Shown here one piece after another: positions 41,091 through 50,821 of a stretch of DNA of 64,000 bases. This DNA is from Rhodothermaceae bacterium bin80 (GTDB lineage: Bacteria > Bacteroidota > Rhodothermia > Rhodothermales > Bin80). A model generated the notes under the pieces. It worked only from the letters and a program-made list of their open reading frames with translations. It was not told the origin of the DNA and searched no databases. A program made the translations under genes and the position numbers. Position 1 is the stretch's first letter. Each line of letters begins with the position of its first letter. The stretch is taken from NCBI GenBank assembly GCA_002238805.1, contig MPNB01000002.1, forward strand, positions 14,045 to 78,044, read 5' to 3'.

Positions 41091-43555
41091 ACCGCTTCAT
41101 TACCGGGTACATTCTGATTGCAGCTGCCATGTTAATGTTCGTCGGCTGTAGCCGTGCTCCAGAGGTTAGTTTTAATGAGCAGATTCGCCCTATACTGAAC
41201 GAGCGGTGCGTGAATTGTCATGGGGGCATCCGCCGCCAAGGGGACCTAAGCTTGCTCTTCCGGCACGAAGCACTTGCCGCAGCAGAATCGGGCGAACGTG
41301 CTGTCGTACCTCTTAAGCCCGCCGAAAGCGAACTGCTGCGACGCGTTTCACATACGGACCCGAAACACCGGATGCCTCAGGATGATGACCCGCTCACACC
41401 CGAGCAAATCCAAACCCTGCACACTTGGATTGCAGAAGGCGCACAATGGGAGGATCACTGGGCTTACGTTACCCCCGAGCGACCCGCATTACCGGGTGTA
41501 TCTGATCCCGCATGGCCGAGTGAGCCACTAGATCACTTTATACTCTCACGTCTGGATGAGGAAGGGCTGTCACCCTCCCCCGAAGCAGAATGCCCAGTGC
41601 TCGTCCGGAGAGTCACACTGGATCTGGTTGGCCTGCCCCCCAAACCGGAAGACGTGAGACAAATCTGTGTAGACGGAGGATCCTACGAGACCTACGTAGA
41701 CTCGCTGCAGGCCTCCCCCACATACGGAGAACGCTGGGCAGCCATGTGGCTGGACTTGGCAAGATATGCTGACTCCAAGGGATATGAGAAAGATATAGGC
41801 CGGACTATTTGGCGTTATCGGGATTGGGTCATCCAGGCCTTAAACGATGATCTGCCATTCGATCAGTTCACGATTGAACAGTTAGCAGGGGATCTTCTGC
41901 CGAATGCAACTGAAAGCCAGCGTATAGCTACAGCTTTTAACCGCAACACCATGACCAACACGGAAGGAGGAACTGACGATGAAGAATTTCGTGTTGCAGC
42001 AGTCATTGATCGCGTGAATACAACCTGGGAGGTATGGCAGGGAACCTCATTCGCCTGTGTTCAGTGCCACGGCCACCCATATGACCCATTCACCCACGAG
42101 GAGTACTACGAATTCTTTACCTTCTTCAACAGCACCGCCGATCGAGATCTGGACAGCGAGTACCCAACCCTCCCGTTGTTTGAGGAAGAGGTTGCCGATG
42201 AAGGAAGTGAGCTCATAGAGGATATTGCGCAACTGGAAGAAGACATCATTGCCCGCGTACGCTCTCATGCTCTGGCTGAAGAGCGACGTGCATGGGAAAC
42301 CACTCTGGACCAACCTGAAATCATTGGCCGCGTCCGACTTATGCTTCAAAACGAAGTCAAGCGGGTTGTGGCCACTCCGGAAGAACAGCGGGGGGATGGT
42401 CAACAACGGACTCTGGACCATATTTACGCCAGTGTCAGTGATGATCCTCAACTTGAGCGTCTGCGTTCTGAAAAAGTAGAAAAGGAGCAGGTACTGCGGA
42501 CATTAAACGCAGTCCATACACCCATCATGCAGGAGCTCCCCTTCCGGCGACGTACGCATGTGTTTGAGCGAGGGAGCTTCCTACTGAAAGGGGAACCGGT
42601 TGAACCCAACACACCCAATGCATTACCTCCTATGCCGGAGGATGCACCCCGTAACCGTCTGGGAATGGCGCGATGGCTGGTTAGCCGTGAAAATCCGCTC
42701 ACTGCACGGGTAACGGTAAATCGATTCTGGGAGCAGCTCTTTGGGATTGGCCTCATCGAATCGCTGGAAGATTTTGGGACTCAGGGGCTTGAGCGCTCCC
42801 ATCCAGACCTGCTGGACTACTTGGCCGTCAGCTTTATGGAGGATCACTCCTGGAGCGTCAAATCATTCCTGCGTTCTGTGGTGATTTCTTCAACGTATAG
42901 GCAGTCCTCACGCGTGACCGGTGAACTGGAAGCCAAAGATCCTCGCAACCGGCTATTGGCCCGGGGCGCCCGTTTCCGTCTGAGTGCAGAGCAGATTCGG
43001 GACCAAGCACTCTATGTGAGCGGGCTGCTAAGTCCTGCAATGTTCGGTCCAAGTGTAATGCCACCTCAACCAGAAGGGCTCTGGAATAACCCTTACGACG
43101 CCCGCCGGTGGCAAACCAGTCAAGGGAATGATCGGTACAGGCGCGGAATTTATACGTACTGGCGGCGCACTGTACCGTACCCGTCTATGGCGACATTTGA
43201 CAGCCCCAGCCGTGAGTTCTGCGTATCTCGAAGGATAAGAACCAACACGCCCCTGCAGGCCTTGGTTTCGCTGAATGATCCTGTATTTATTGAGGCAGCA
43301 CAAGCATTGGCCCAACGCATGCTTGATTCCGAAAATCCTCTTGAAGCGGGATATACGTACGCCATAGGAGTAGCACCAGACGAGAAGGTTCTCGACACAC
43401 TCGGGTCCCTATATAACGACGCCATGACCCACTATACGGAACACGATGACGATGTCACTACATTAACCGGAGACCAGGGATCTGCTGAATTGGCGGGCTT
43501 AACCGTTGTCGCTAATGCGATCCTTAATCTCGATCAGTTCATTATGAAAGAGTAA
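41087..43555 (+). CDS. PSCyt1 / PSCyt2(DUF1549) / PSD1(DUF1553) protein without LamG insert, predicted lipoprotein (large subunit, pair 4)
   Basis: 822 aa; leader ...AAMLMFVGC; CVNCHGG...HRMPQ; RRVTLDLVGLPP; ARYADSKGYEKD; ACVQCHGHPYDP; FDSPSREFC...TNTPLQALVSLND; acidic helical linker where pairs 1-3 carry the LamG-like domain. Confidence 0.85.
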   Translation: MNRFITGYILIAAAMLMFVGCSRAPEVSFNEQIRPILNERCVNCHGGIRRQGDLSLLFRHEALAAAESGERAVVPLKPAESELLRRVSHTDPKHRMPQDDDPLTPEQIQTLHTWIAEGAQWEDHWAYVTPERPALPGVSDPAWPSEPLDHFILSRLDEEGLSPSPEAECPVLVRRVTLDLVGLPPKPEDVRQICVDGGSYETYVDSLQASPTYGERWAAMWLDLARYADSKGYEKDIGRTIWRYRDWVIQALNDDLPFDQFTIEQLAGDLLPNATESQRIATAFNRNTMTNTEGGTDDEEFRVAAVIDRVNTTWEVWQGTSFACVQCHGHPYDPFTHEEYYEFFTFFNSTADRDLDSEYPTLPLFEEEVADEGSELIEDIAQLEEDIIARVRSHALAEERRAWETTLDQPEIIGRVRLMLQNEVKRVVATPEEQRGDGQQRTLDHIYASVSDDPQLERLRSEKVEKEQVLRTLNAVHTPIMQELPFRRRTHVFERGSFLLKGEPVEPNTPNALPPMPEDAPRNRLGMARWLVSRENPLTARVTVNRFWEQLFGIGLIESLEDFGTQGLERSHPDLLDYLAVSFMEDHSWSVKSFLRSVVISSTYRQSSRVTGELEAKDPRNRLLARGARFRLSAEQIRDQALYVSGLLSPAMFGPSVMPPQPEGLWNNPYDARRWQTSQGNDRYRRGIYTYWRRTVPYPSMATFDSPSREFCVSRRIRTNTPLQALVSLNDPVFIEAAQALAQRMLDSENPLEAGYTYAIGVAPDEKVLDTLGSLYNDAMTHYTEHDDDVTTLTGDQGSAELAGLTVVANAILNLDQFIMKE

Positions 43556-43654
43556 TACAGTGCGGCACCTCTGGTAAATGCTAATGGACACAATGCAGTA
43601 TTCGCCCTAAATTCAATTGCTTATGGTTACGGCTGGAACGTTCTTCGATTCAAC

Positions 43655-45118
43655 ATGAGTCTTGCTAAAGAAGCCCAACACGCATATCTGGGGCACGTTA
43701 CGCGTCGCCACTTCCTGAAGTCCGCGGGTGCCGGACTCGGAGCTATGGCTTTTGCCTCACTTGGTGCAGTCGGAGCAGCTGACCCGACCGGCTCTCCCGA
43801 TCCGTTGGCACCGCTCAAACCACATTTTGCACCACGTGCTAAACGTGTGATCTTTTTGCATATGGCCGGCGGTCCCTCTCCATTGGAGTTATTTGACTAC
43901 AAGCCCACACTCGCGCGGCTGCATGGCCAGGACTGTCCCGAATCGCTCCTGGAAGGCAAGCGCTTCGCATTCATCCGGGGCGTACCAAAAATGTTGGGAC
44001 CACAGGCCACTTTCCGTCAGCACGGAGAGTCGGGCGCCTGGATCTCGGATCATCTACCGCACCTAGGGCGTGTCGCTGATAAGATTGCCTTCCTCAAGGC
44101 CATGCGCACTGATGAATTCAACCATGCTCCAGCACAACTATTAGTCCATTCAGGGAGCCCCCGGCTTGGCCGCCCGAGCATGGGGTCCTGGGTGACTTAT
44201 GGGCTTGGTACTGAGAACGCGAACCTGCCTGCATTTGTCGTGCTGCTTTCCGGAGGAGCTGCACCGGACGCGGGAGCCAGTGTGTATGGAAGTGGCTTTC
44301 TGCCCACAGTTTACCAAGGTGTGCAGTGCAGAACCAAAGGGGATCCGGTCTTGTTTTTGGGCGACCCGGAGGGTGTGCCGCGTAACCTGCGGCGTAAATC
44401 CATTGATGCCATTAATACGATCAACCAGCAACAGTACGAGGAAATTGGTGATCCCGAAATTCTCACACGCATTGCGCAGTATGAAATGGCTTTCCGCATG
44501 CAGACCTCTGTACCGGAAGCCATGGATATCAGCCGTGAGCCTGCCTACATACATGAGCTGTACGGCACCGCTCCCGGCGAAACGGCATTCAGTAATAACT
44601 GCCTTCTCGCACGAAGGCTGGTGGAACGGGGCGTTCGCTTCGTTCAGTTGTTTCACTGGGGCTGGGACTCGCACGGTGCGGGAGAAAGTGAGGCCCTGAA
44701 CGGGGGCTTCCTGGAGCGCTGCCGCGAAACTGATCGCCCGGTTACTGCACTCCTGGAAGATCTGGAACAGCGCGGTCTGCTTGAAGAAACCCTGGTGATC
44801 TGGGGTGGAGAATTTGGGCGAACGCCAATGCTGGAAAACCGCTCGGGTACAGACAATCCCTTTGTCGGCCGGGATCATCACAGCGACGCCTATACGATGT
44901 GGATGGCCGGTGGCGGGGTTAAGGGCGGCATCACACATGGTGAAACAGACGAAATCGGATATAGCGCCGTGAGCGGTCAGGTACATGTCCACGACCTGCA
45001 AGCCACGATCCTGCATCTGCTTGGGTTTGATCACCTGCGACTAACTTATCCCTTCCAAGGCCGAGATTTTCGCTTAACCGATGTGCACGGACATGTTGTG
45101 CACCAAGTCTTGGCATAA
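43655..45118 (+). CDS. DUF1501 family protein with twin-arginine signal (small subunit, pair 4)
   Basis: 487 aa; VTRRHFLKSAGAGLGAMAFASLG; [14 protein letters not shown]; GRDHHSDAY; VHDLQATILHLLG. Confidence 0.85.
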   Translation: MSLAKEAQHAYLGHVTRRHFLKSAGAGLGAMAFASLGAVGAADPTGSPDPLAPLKPHFAPRAKRVIFLHMAGGPSPLELFDYKPTLARLHGQDCPESLLEGKRFAFIRGVPKMLGPQATFRQHGESGAWISDHLPHLGRVADKIAFLKAMRTDEFNHAPAQLLVHSGSPRLGRPSMGSWVTYGLGTENANLPAFVVLLSGGAAPDAGASVYGSGFLPTVYQGVQCRTKGDPVLFLGDPEGVPRNLRRKSIDAINTINQQQYEEIGDPEILTRIAQYEMAFRMQTSVPEAMDISREPAYIHELYGTAPGETAFSNNCLLARRLVERGVRFVQLFHWGWDSHGAGESEALNGGFLERCRETDRPVTALLEDLEQRGLLEETLVIWGGEFGRTPMLENRSGTDNPFVGRDHHSDAYTMWMAGGGVKGGITHGETDEIGYSAVSGQVHVHDLQATILHLLGFDHLRLTYPFQGRDFRLTDVHGHVVHQVLA

Positions 45119-45139
45119 AACCCTCTTTCTGTTGACGCT

Positions 45140-46651
45140 ATGAAGCAATCCGTGTTTTGGCTGTGTGCAGGCCTCGCCTTTCTGGCGGTTATGCTGATAA
45201 TGGTACCGGGTTCTGGCCGACCAAGTGACTTTAGCCTGTTCCTGGGACGATTCCACCCGGTCGTTGTGCATCTACCGATTGGGATCCTAGTGGTCGCTAC
45301 CCTGCTTGAGTGTCTTTCACGCAGGTCTGCCTGGCGGGGACGGTATGATACAGGGATTCTGGCACTCCTGTATATTGGCGTCTGGAGCTCTATCCTAGCC
45401 GTCATTGTCGGCCTGTACCTGGCCCAAGGTGGCGGCTATGCCGCCAGTCAACTGGCTTGGCATAAGCGCATGGGCATTCTGGTCGTCCTGTTTGCTTCGC
45501 TGGCCTACCTGTACAAAGCCTGGCCGGGCCTCTCTGAACGCTGGCTTAAGCACTGGGAACGTCGTGTGTACGGTATATCGTTAGGCCTACTGCTGTTGGT
45601 GGTTGCACTTGCCGGACATCTGGGTAGTACGCTGACACATGGCCCGGATTACTTATCCCGCTATATGCCTGATGGCTTGCGCCAGATTGCGGGACTATCC
45701 AAAAAAGCCGATATCGGACGACTCCAGTTGGATAATCCTGCTGAAACTACCACGTATACAGCGCTGATTGCCCCCATCCTAGAATCCAGGTGTGTCTCGT
45801 GTCATGGTGCTGACGCCCAACGGGGTGGACTGCGTTTGGATACCCCCGAATTTATCAGCGAGGGAGGAGATGATGGACCACCCATTATCGCTGGTCGCGC
45901 GCATGAGAGTGAGCTTATTCACCGCGTGTGGCTACCGCTCAGTTCGGACGATCATATGCCACCTGTCGAGAGCCCACAGCTGTCAGTGGCGGAAGCCGAG
46001 CTGCTGAGATGGTGGATTGACTCAGGAGCCTCTTTTGAGGAACTCCTTCCCGACGCTGAATGGTCACCCGTTGTTCAAACTATTGTGGACGGTATGGGAC
46101 TGGACGAAATTCGGACCGGAATCTTTGCACTGGATACCGGTCTGCCGGATTCTATGGACATAGTTGCACTCGCTAACCTAGGATTATCAGTAACCCCCCT
46201 GGCTGAAGATGAACCCTACCTGCAGGTGCGCTGCATGGACCTGGAAGCATGCACCGGCACGAGTGAGTTGCGCGGAGCTCTATCACGCCTCGCCCCCAAT
46301 ATCGCATGGCTTGATCTTGGACGCTCCCAGGCTGGAGACGATCTGGTGGCGGTGATCGCAGATCTGCCACATGTGACGCGCCTACATCTACAGCAAACTT
46401 CGGTTACAGATGACGGATTGGCGCATCTGAGCGACTTGGAGTTTCTGGAGTATCTAAACCTTTATGGTACAGCAGTGTCCGATTCGGGACTGATCCATCT
46501 TGAACAATTACCCGAGCTGAAGTCACTCTATCTCTGGCAAACAAATACCACCGAGGCAGGGGTAGAGCGTTTGCAATCTGCCGTGCCTGAACTATACATC
46601 AATACCGGTCTAAGCCTGAACCCAATCGAACCCGACAGTACTGACATATGA
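45140..46651 (+). CDS. polytopic membrane protein with PSCyt1 (CxxCH) domain and C-terminal leucine-rich repeats
   Basis: 503 aa; about 5 N-terminal TM helices including FHPVVVHLPIGILVVATLLE; CVSCHGADAQRGGLRLD...DHMPPVE...LLRWWIDSGA; LRR-like VTRLHLQQTSVTDDGLAHLSDLEFLEYLNLYGTAVSDSGLIHLEQLPELKSLYLWQT. Confidence 0.75.
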   Translation: MKQSVFWLCAGLAFLAVMLIMVPGSGRPSDFSLFLGRFHPVVVHLPIGILVVATLLECLSRRSAWRGRYDTGILALLYIGVWSSILAVIVGLYLAQGGGYAASQLAWHKRMGILVVLFASLAYLYKAWPGLSERWLKHWERRVYGISLGLLLLVVALAGHLGSTLTHGPDYLSRYMPDGLRQIAGLSKKADIGRLQLDNPAETTTYTALIAPILESRCVSCHGADAQRGGLRLDTPEFISEGGDDGPPIIAGRAHESELIHRVWLPLSSDDHMPPVESPQLSVAEAELLRWWIDSGASFEELLPDAEWSPVVQTIVDGMGLDEIRTGIFALDTGLPDSMDIVALANLGLSVTPLAEDEPYLQVRCMDLEACTGTSELRGALSRLAPNIAWLDLGRSQAGDDLVAVIADLPHVTRLHLQQTSVTDDGLAHLSDLEFLEYLNLYGTAVSDSGLIHLEQLPELKSLYLWQTNTTEAGVERLQSAVPELYINTGLSLNPIEPDSTDI

Positions 46652-48411
46652 GCTTACATGTACGCCTTTGGCCCCTTCCTTTTCTATTGTGCGCGTGTGC
46701 CGGGCCAGAACTCACAGTTGAGGAACTGCTTCTTCTAGAACGTCCAAATATCGTCTGGATATCGGCTGAAGATATGGGACCGAGGCTCGGGGCCTATGGG
46801 GATACCGTTGCCCGAACCCCTCACTTGGACTCACTTGCCAGCCGTAGCACACGCTACACACATGTATTTACCACCGCGGGGGTCTGCTCTCCCAGCCGTG
46901 CAGCCATTATCACCGGCATACACCAGGTCAGTCTTGGGGCGCATCACATGCGGACTCTCTCTGGCGCCCCTTTTGCACCCGAACCCACACCGTACAGCGT
47001 GGTCCCTCCCCATTATGTAAAGACCTTTACGGAATACCTGCGTGCAGCTGGCTACTACACTACCAATAATGTGAAGGAGGACTATCAGTTCGAAACCCCA
47101 ATCACAGCCTGGGATGAATCCAGCTCTGAGGCTCACTGGCGTAACCGCCGGGATCCCGATCAACCTTTCTTTTCGGTGTTCAATTTTACGACAACGCACG
47201 AGAGTCGTATCTGGCCGGATCCTGCAGCAGCCTTTGAAGCCATGGGACTACCCGCTGCAGCAGCACCGCCTCCGCCTGCACCGCTCTCAACCGATCCTGA
47301 TGCGGTTATCGTGCCGCCCTATTACCCAGACACGCCCGTCGTGCGACGCGATATTGCACAGCAATACGACAATATCGCAACTATGGATACTCAGGCTGGC
47401 ATGATTCTTGATCAATTGGAGGAGGATGGCCTACTGGACAATACAATCGTCTTTTTCTGGAGCGATCACGGTGATGGATTACCGCGTCATAAACGGTGGC
47501 TGTACGATTCCGGCCTGCATGTTCCGATGATCATCCATACACCTGGACAGACACCTGGTGTTAATGAGGAGCTTGTGAGCTTTCTGGATCTCGCTCCTAC
47601 TGTACTTTCAATGGCAGGGATTGAGCCGCTGGCCCACATGCAGGGACGGGCCATTTTGGGGGAATTCGCCGGTAATAAGCCTCCACACGAATACGTGTAC
47701 GCGGCAAGGGATCGCTTCGATGAGCAGTACGACCTGGTACGAGCTGTTCGGGATACGCGATACAAATATATCCGCAACTATCGGACGGAAAAACCATATA
47801 CGCTCTGGATGGCCTACGCGAACGTAATGCCTACTATGCAAGAGCTCTTCAGACTGCATGCAGAAGGTGTACTAACCGGCCCCCAAACGCTTTGGATGCG
47901 TACACGCCGCCCGGTTCACGAGCTTTATGACACGATTGAGGATCCATATGAACTTCGCAATCTTGCGTACAATCCAACACACAAGGATGAGCTCTTACGC
48001 ATGCAGCAGGCACTGGATAGTTGGATTGCGACGAGTGGGGACTGGGGTTTCAGATCTGAACTGGACATGGTTGAATCAATGTGGCCAAACGGAGAACAAC
48101 CAATTACGGGTGCACCAATCATGCTGCCGCAAGCTACCCCACGCACGGCGATCCAGACTGGCAGTCTGGATCACACACAAAGCGGCGGGATTTTTCACGA
48201 TCCCATCGACATAACGATGTACAGCGGAACGCAAGGCGCCTCAATCGCATACGCAATTGTCGACAAAACGGGCACGGAGGGAGATTGGTTGCTTTTTTCT
48301 ACTCCACTCAGGATTGATAAAACCACCACCCTTCGCGCAAAAGCAATCAGGTATGGGTACCAAGAAAGCTCCGTGAGCGAAGCCACATTCCTCATCTCTT
48401 CCGGCGAATAG
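46648..48411 (+). CDS. sulfatase (Cys-type) with C-terminal chitobiase/FN3-associated-like domain
   Basis: 587 aa; leader ...PFLLCACAG; formylglycine signature CSPSRAAIITG; SDHGD; ATGA overlap with the upstream gene; C-terminal about 90 aa resemble the CHB_HEX_C-type domain (SIAYAIVD...TTTLRAKAIRYGYQES). Confidence 0.85.
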   Translation: MSLHVRLWPLPFLLCACAGPELTVEELLLLERPNIVWISAEDMGPRLGAYGDTVARTPHLDSLASRSTRYTHVFTTAGVCSPSRAAIITGIHQVSLGAHHMRTLSGAPFAPEPTPYSVVPPHYVKTFTEYLRAAGYYTTNNVKEDYQFETPITAWDESSSEAHWRNRRDPDQPFFSVFNFTTTHESRIWPDPAAAFEAMGLPAAAAPPPPAPLSTDPDAVIVPPYYPDTPVVRRDIAQQYDNIATMDTQAGMILDQLEEDGLLDNTIVFFWSDHGDGLPRHKRWLYDSGLHVPMIIHTPGQTPGVNEELVSFLDLAPTVLSMAGIEPLAHMQGRAILGEFAGNKPPHEYVYAARDRFDEQYDLVRAVRDTRYKYIRNYRTEKPYTLWMAYANVMPTMQELFRLHAEGVLTGPQTLWMRTRRPVHELYDTIEDPYELRNLAYNPTHKDELLRMQQALDSWIATSGDWGFRSELDMVESMWPNGEQPITGAPIMLPQATPRTAIQTGSLDHTQSGGIFHDPIDITMYSGTQGASIAYAIVDKTGTEGDWLLFSTPLRIDKTTTLRAKAIRYGYQESSVSEATFLISSGE

Positions 48412-48420
48412 CCCTGCTGT

Positions 48421-50817
48421 ATGCAAAAATTCCTTCCTCGTCTAATACTCTTATGTACAGCTGCAGTTTACCTTTCCGTACAACATTTGCCCATTGCTGT
48501 TGCCCAAGAAAGCCCTATTACAGTGAGCGGTACTGTAACGGATGCCGAGACTGGTGAACTGGTAGTCGGGGCTGCGTTGTACGTAGCTGCACAAGATGTA
48601 GGAGTAACAACCAATCAGTACGGCTACTACAGCCTGACGCTTCAACGTGATAGCGTACGCATGGTGGTCAATCATGTCGCGTACGTGCCACAGGTGATCG
48701 TGTACTTACCCCAAGAGGACCTCCGCCTGGATATTTCGCTCGTACCTGCTACACTCGCTCTAGACGAAGTAGAGGTTACCGCTTCCGTCGAGTCAGCACT
48801 TCAGACAACACAAATGAGTGGAATCTCACTGCCTGTACAAAACGTTGAGGTTCTTCCGTCACTCCTGGGAGAAACAGATGTCTTGCGCATTATCCAACTT
48901 CTGCCAGGAGTTCAGTCAGGTGTGGAAGGTTCAACCGGTCTCTATGTGCGTGGGGGTGGTCCAGACCAGAATCTTTATTTGCTTGATGGAACACAGATCT
49001 ATAACCCCAGCCATCTGTTTGGATTTTTGAGCACCTTTAATCCAGACGCGATAAAGGATGTCCAACTCCTCAAAGGAGGTTTTCCTGCGCGTTACGGTGG
49101 ACGGCTTTCCTCAGTGATCGATCTGACCATGAAGGAAGGGAATATGAAGCGGTTTGCAGGAGCAGGGGCCATTGGACTCCTTGCTTCACGCTTAACCGTG
49201 GAGGGTCCTATCATTCGAGATCGTGCTTCCTTCCTTGTCGCTGGACGCCGGTCCTATGCCGACCTACTTGTCCGCCCCTTCCTCAACAACGATGATCAAG
49301 AGGCCGGGTACTATTTCTACGACTTCAATGTGAAGACCAATGTTATTCTTACACCCAAAGACCGAATATATCTGAGTGGCTACGCGGGAGACGACCGCCT
49401 GTATGAGCGTTATAGTTACAACGATAATGATAGCTGGGAACGGACTGCGCTGAATTGGAGCAATCTGACGGGCACCTTCCGCTGGAATCACATATTTGGG
49501 CCGAGATTGTTCTCGAATGTACTGGTCGGTTACACAAATTATTCTCTGCTTGCAACCAACGAAGACCGTTATGTCTCACATAGAGTTAATGATATCGACG
49601 TTAACCACAGTCAGTATTATGCTTCGTACGAATCCGGCATTCGCGATCTGCATGCGCGTGCTGACGCGGAGTTTATTCCCAATGCCCGTCATAATATTCG
49701 TTTTGGACTGGGAGGGCAATTGCACAGTTTCCTCACAGGGGCCTTTGAGGAGATCCATCGGGTAAATGATGTTAAGGAGTATTCCTCAACTACCCCAAAC
49801 AGGCGATCAAAAGGAAGAGAGTTCCAAGCCTACATTGAAGATGATTGGCGCCTGGCTTCGCGGATACGCCTCAATACGGGAGTGCACATCTCAAGCTTTC
49901 TGATTGACCAGAAGACCTATTACTCGGTTGAACCGCGTATTGGAGCGCTTTTCCGCCTGGACTCGAAAACCAGCTTTAAAGCATCCTTAGCATATATGCA
50001 GCAGTACATTCACCTCTTGGCGACTACAAGTGGCTTCTCTCTACCCACAGACCTGTGGGTACCTGCAACCGCACGAATCAAGCCTCAGCAGTCCATGCAA
50101 GTTGCCGGTGGTGCAGTTCATTCAATTTCTGGCGGAAAATTTGAGATCTCAATTGAAGGGTACTACAAGCGATTGCAAAACCTGATTGAATACGAAGAGG
50201 GCGCCGACTTTTTCGACGCTACCCTTGGGACGTGGGAAGACCGAGTGGTGACCGGACGCGGTGTCGCCTACGGCGGCGAGATTTTTCTCCAAAAGCAATC
50301 CGGCCGCACTACCGGCTGGATAGGCTACACGCTATCGTCGAGTCGTCGGCAATTCGACGATATAAATCATGGGGCATGGTTTCCTTATCGGTATGATCGC
50401 CGTCATGATGCCGCCTTGGTCATCAGTCACAAGTTTAGACCATGGTTTGATATAAGTGCATCCTGGGTCTATGGCACCGGTCAGGCCGTCACATTGCCCG
50501 TCGGCCATATTTTCGCAGAGCCAGAAATTTTCGTGGCATTTCCATGGGGACGAGCGAACCGGCTTGACTTGTATAGTGTACAGAGTTCACGCAATGGTGC
50601 ACGCATGCCGGCCTATCATCGACTGGACTTAAGTATTCGTATAAAGCGAACGAGAACACGTTTGAAAAGAACATTATCAATCGGCACCTACAATACATAC
50701 AACCGGAGGAACGCCCTCAGCATCTATGCCGAGCGAGATCGCACAGGTGATTTAGTATTCAAAAAGTTTAGTCTACTCCCCATAGTTCCCGCGATAAGCT
50801 ACCAGTTATCCTACTAG
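48421..50817 (+). CDS. TonB-dependent receptor with N-terminal carboxypeptidase-regulatory-like domain
   Basis: 798 aa; signal peptide; VSGTVTDAETGELVVGAALYV (CarboxypepD_reg-like); plug region DVLRIIQLLPGVQSG...GLYVRGGGPDQNLYLLDG; C-terminal beta-barrel ending ...ISYQLSY. Confidence 0.85.
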   Translation: MQKFLPRLILLCTAAVYLSVQHLPIAVAQESPITVSGTVTDAETGELVVGAALYVAAQDVGVTTNQYGYYSLTLQRDSVRMVVNHVAYVPQVIVYLPQEDLRLDISLVPATLALDEVEVTASVESALQTTQMSGISLPVQNVEVLPSLLGETDVLRIIQLLPGVQSGVEGSTGLYVRGGGPDQNLYLLDGTQIYNPSHLFGFLSTFNPDAIKDVQLLKGGFPARYGGRLSSVIDLTMKEGNMKRFAGAGAIGLLASRLTVEGPIIRDRASFLVAGRRSYADLLVRPFLNNDDQEAGYYFYDFNVKTNVILTPKDRIYLSGYAGDDRLYERYSYNDNDSWERTALNWSNLTGTFRWNHIFGPRLFSNVLVGYTNYSLLATNEDRYVSHRVNDIDVNHSQYYASYESGIRDLHARADAEFIPNARHNIRFGLGGQLHSFLTGAFEEIHRVNDVKEYSSTTPNRRSKGREFQAYIEDDWRLASRIRLNTGVHISSFLIDQKTYYSVEPRIGALFRLDSKTSFKASLAYMQQYIHLLATTSGFSLPTDLWVPATARIKPQQSMQVAGGAVHSISGGKFEISIEGYYKRLQNLIEYEEGADFFDATLGTWEDRVVTGRGVAYGGEIFLQKQSGRTTGWIGYTLSSSRRQFDDINHGAWFPYRYDRRHDAALVISHKFRPWFDISASWVYGTGQAVTLPVGHIFAEPEIFVAFPWGRANRLDLYSVQSSRNGARMPAYHRLDLSIRIKRTRTRLKRTLSIGTYNTYNRRNALSIYAERDRTGDLVFKKFSLLPIVPAISYQLSY

Positions 50818-50821
50818 GACT

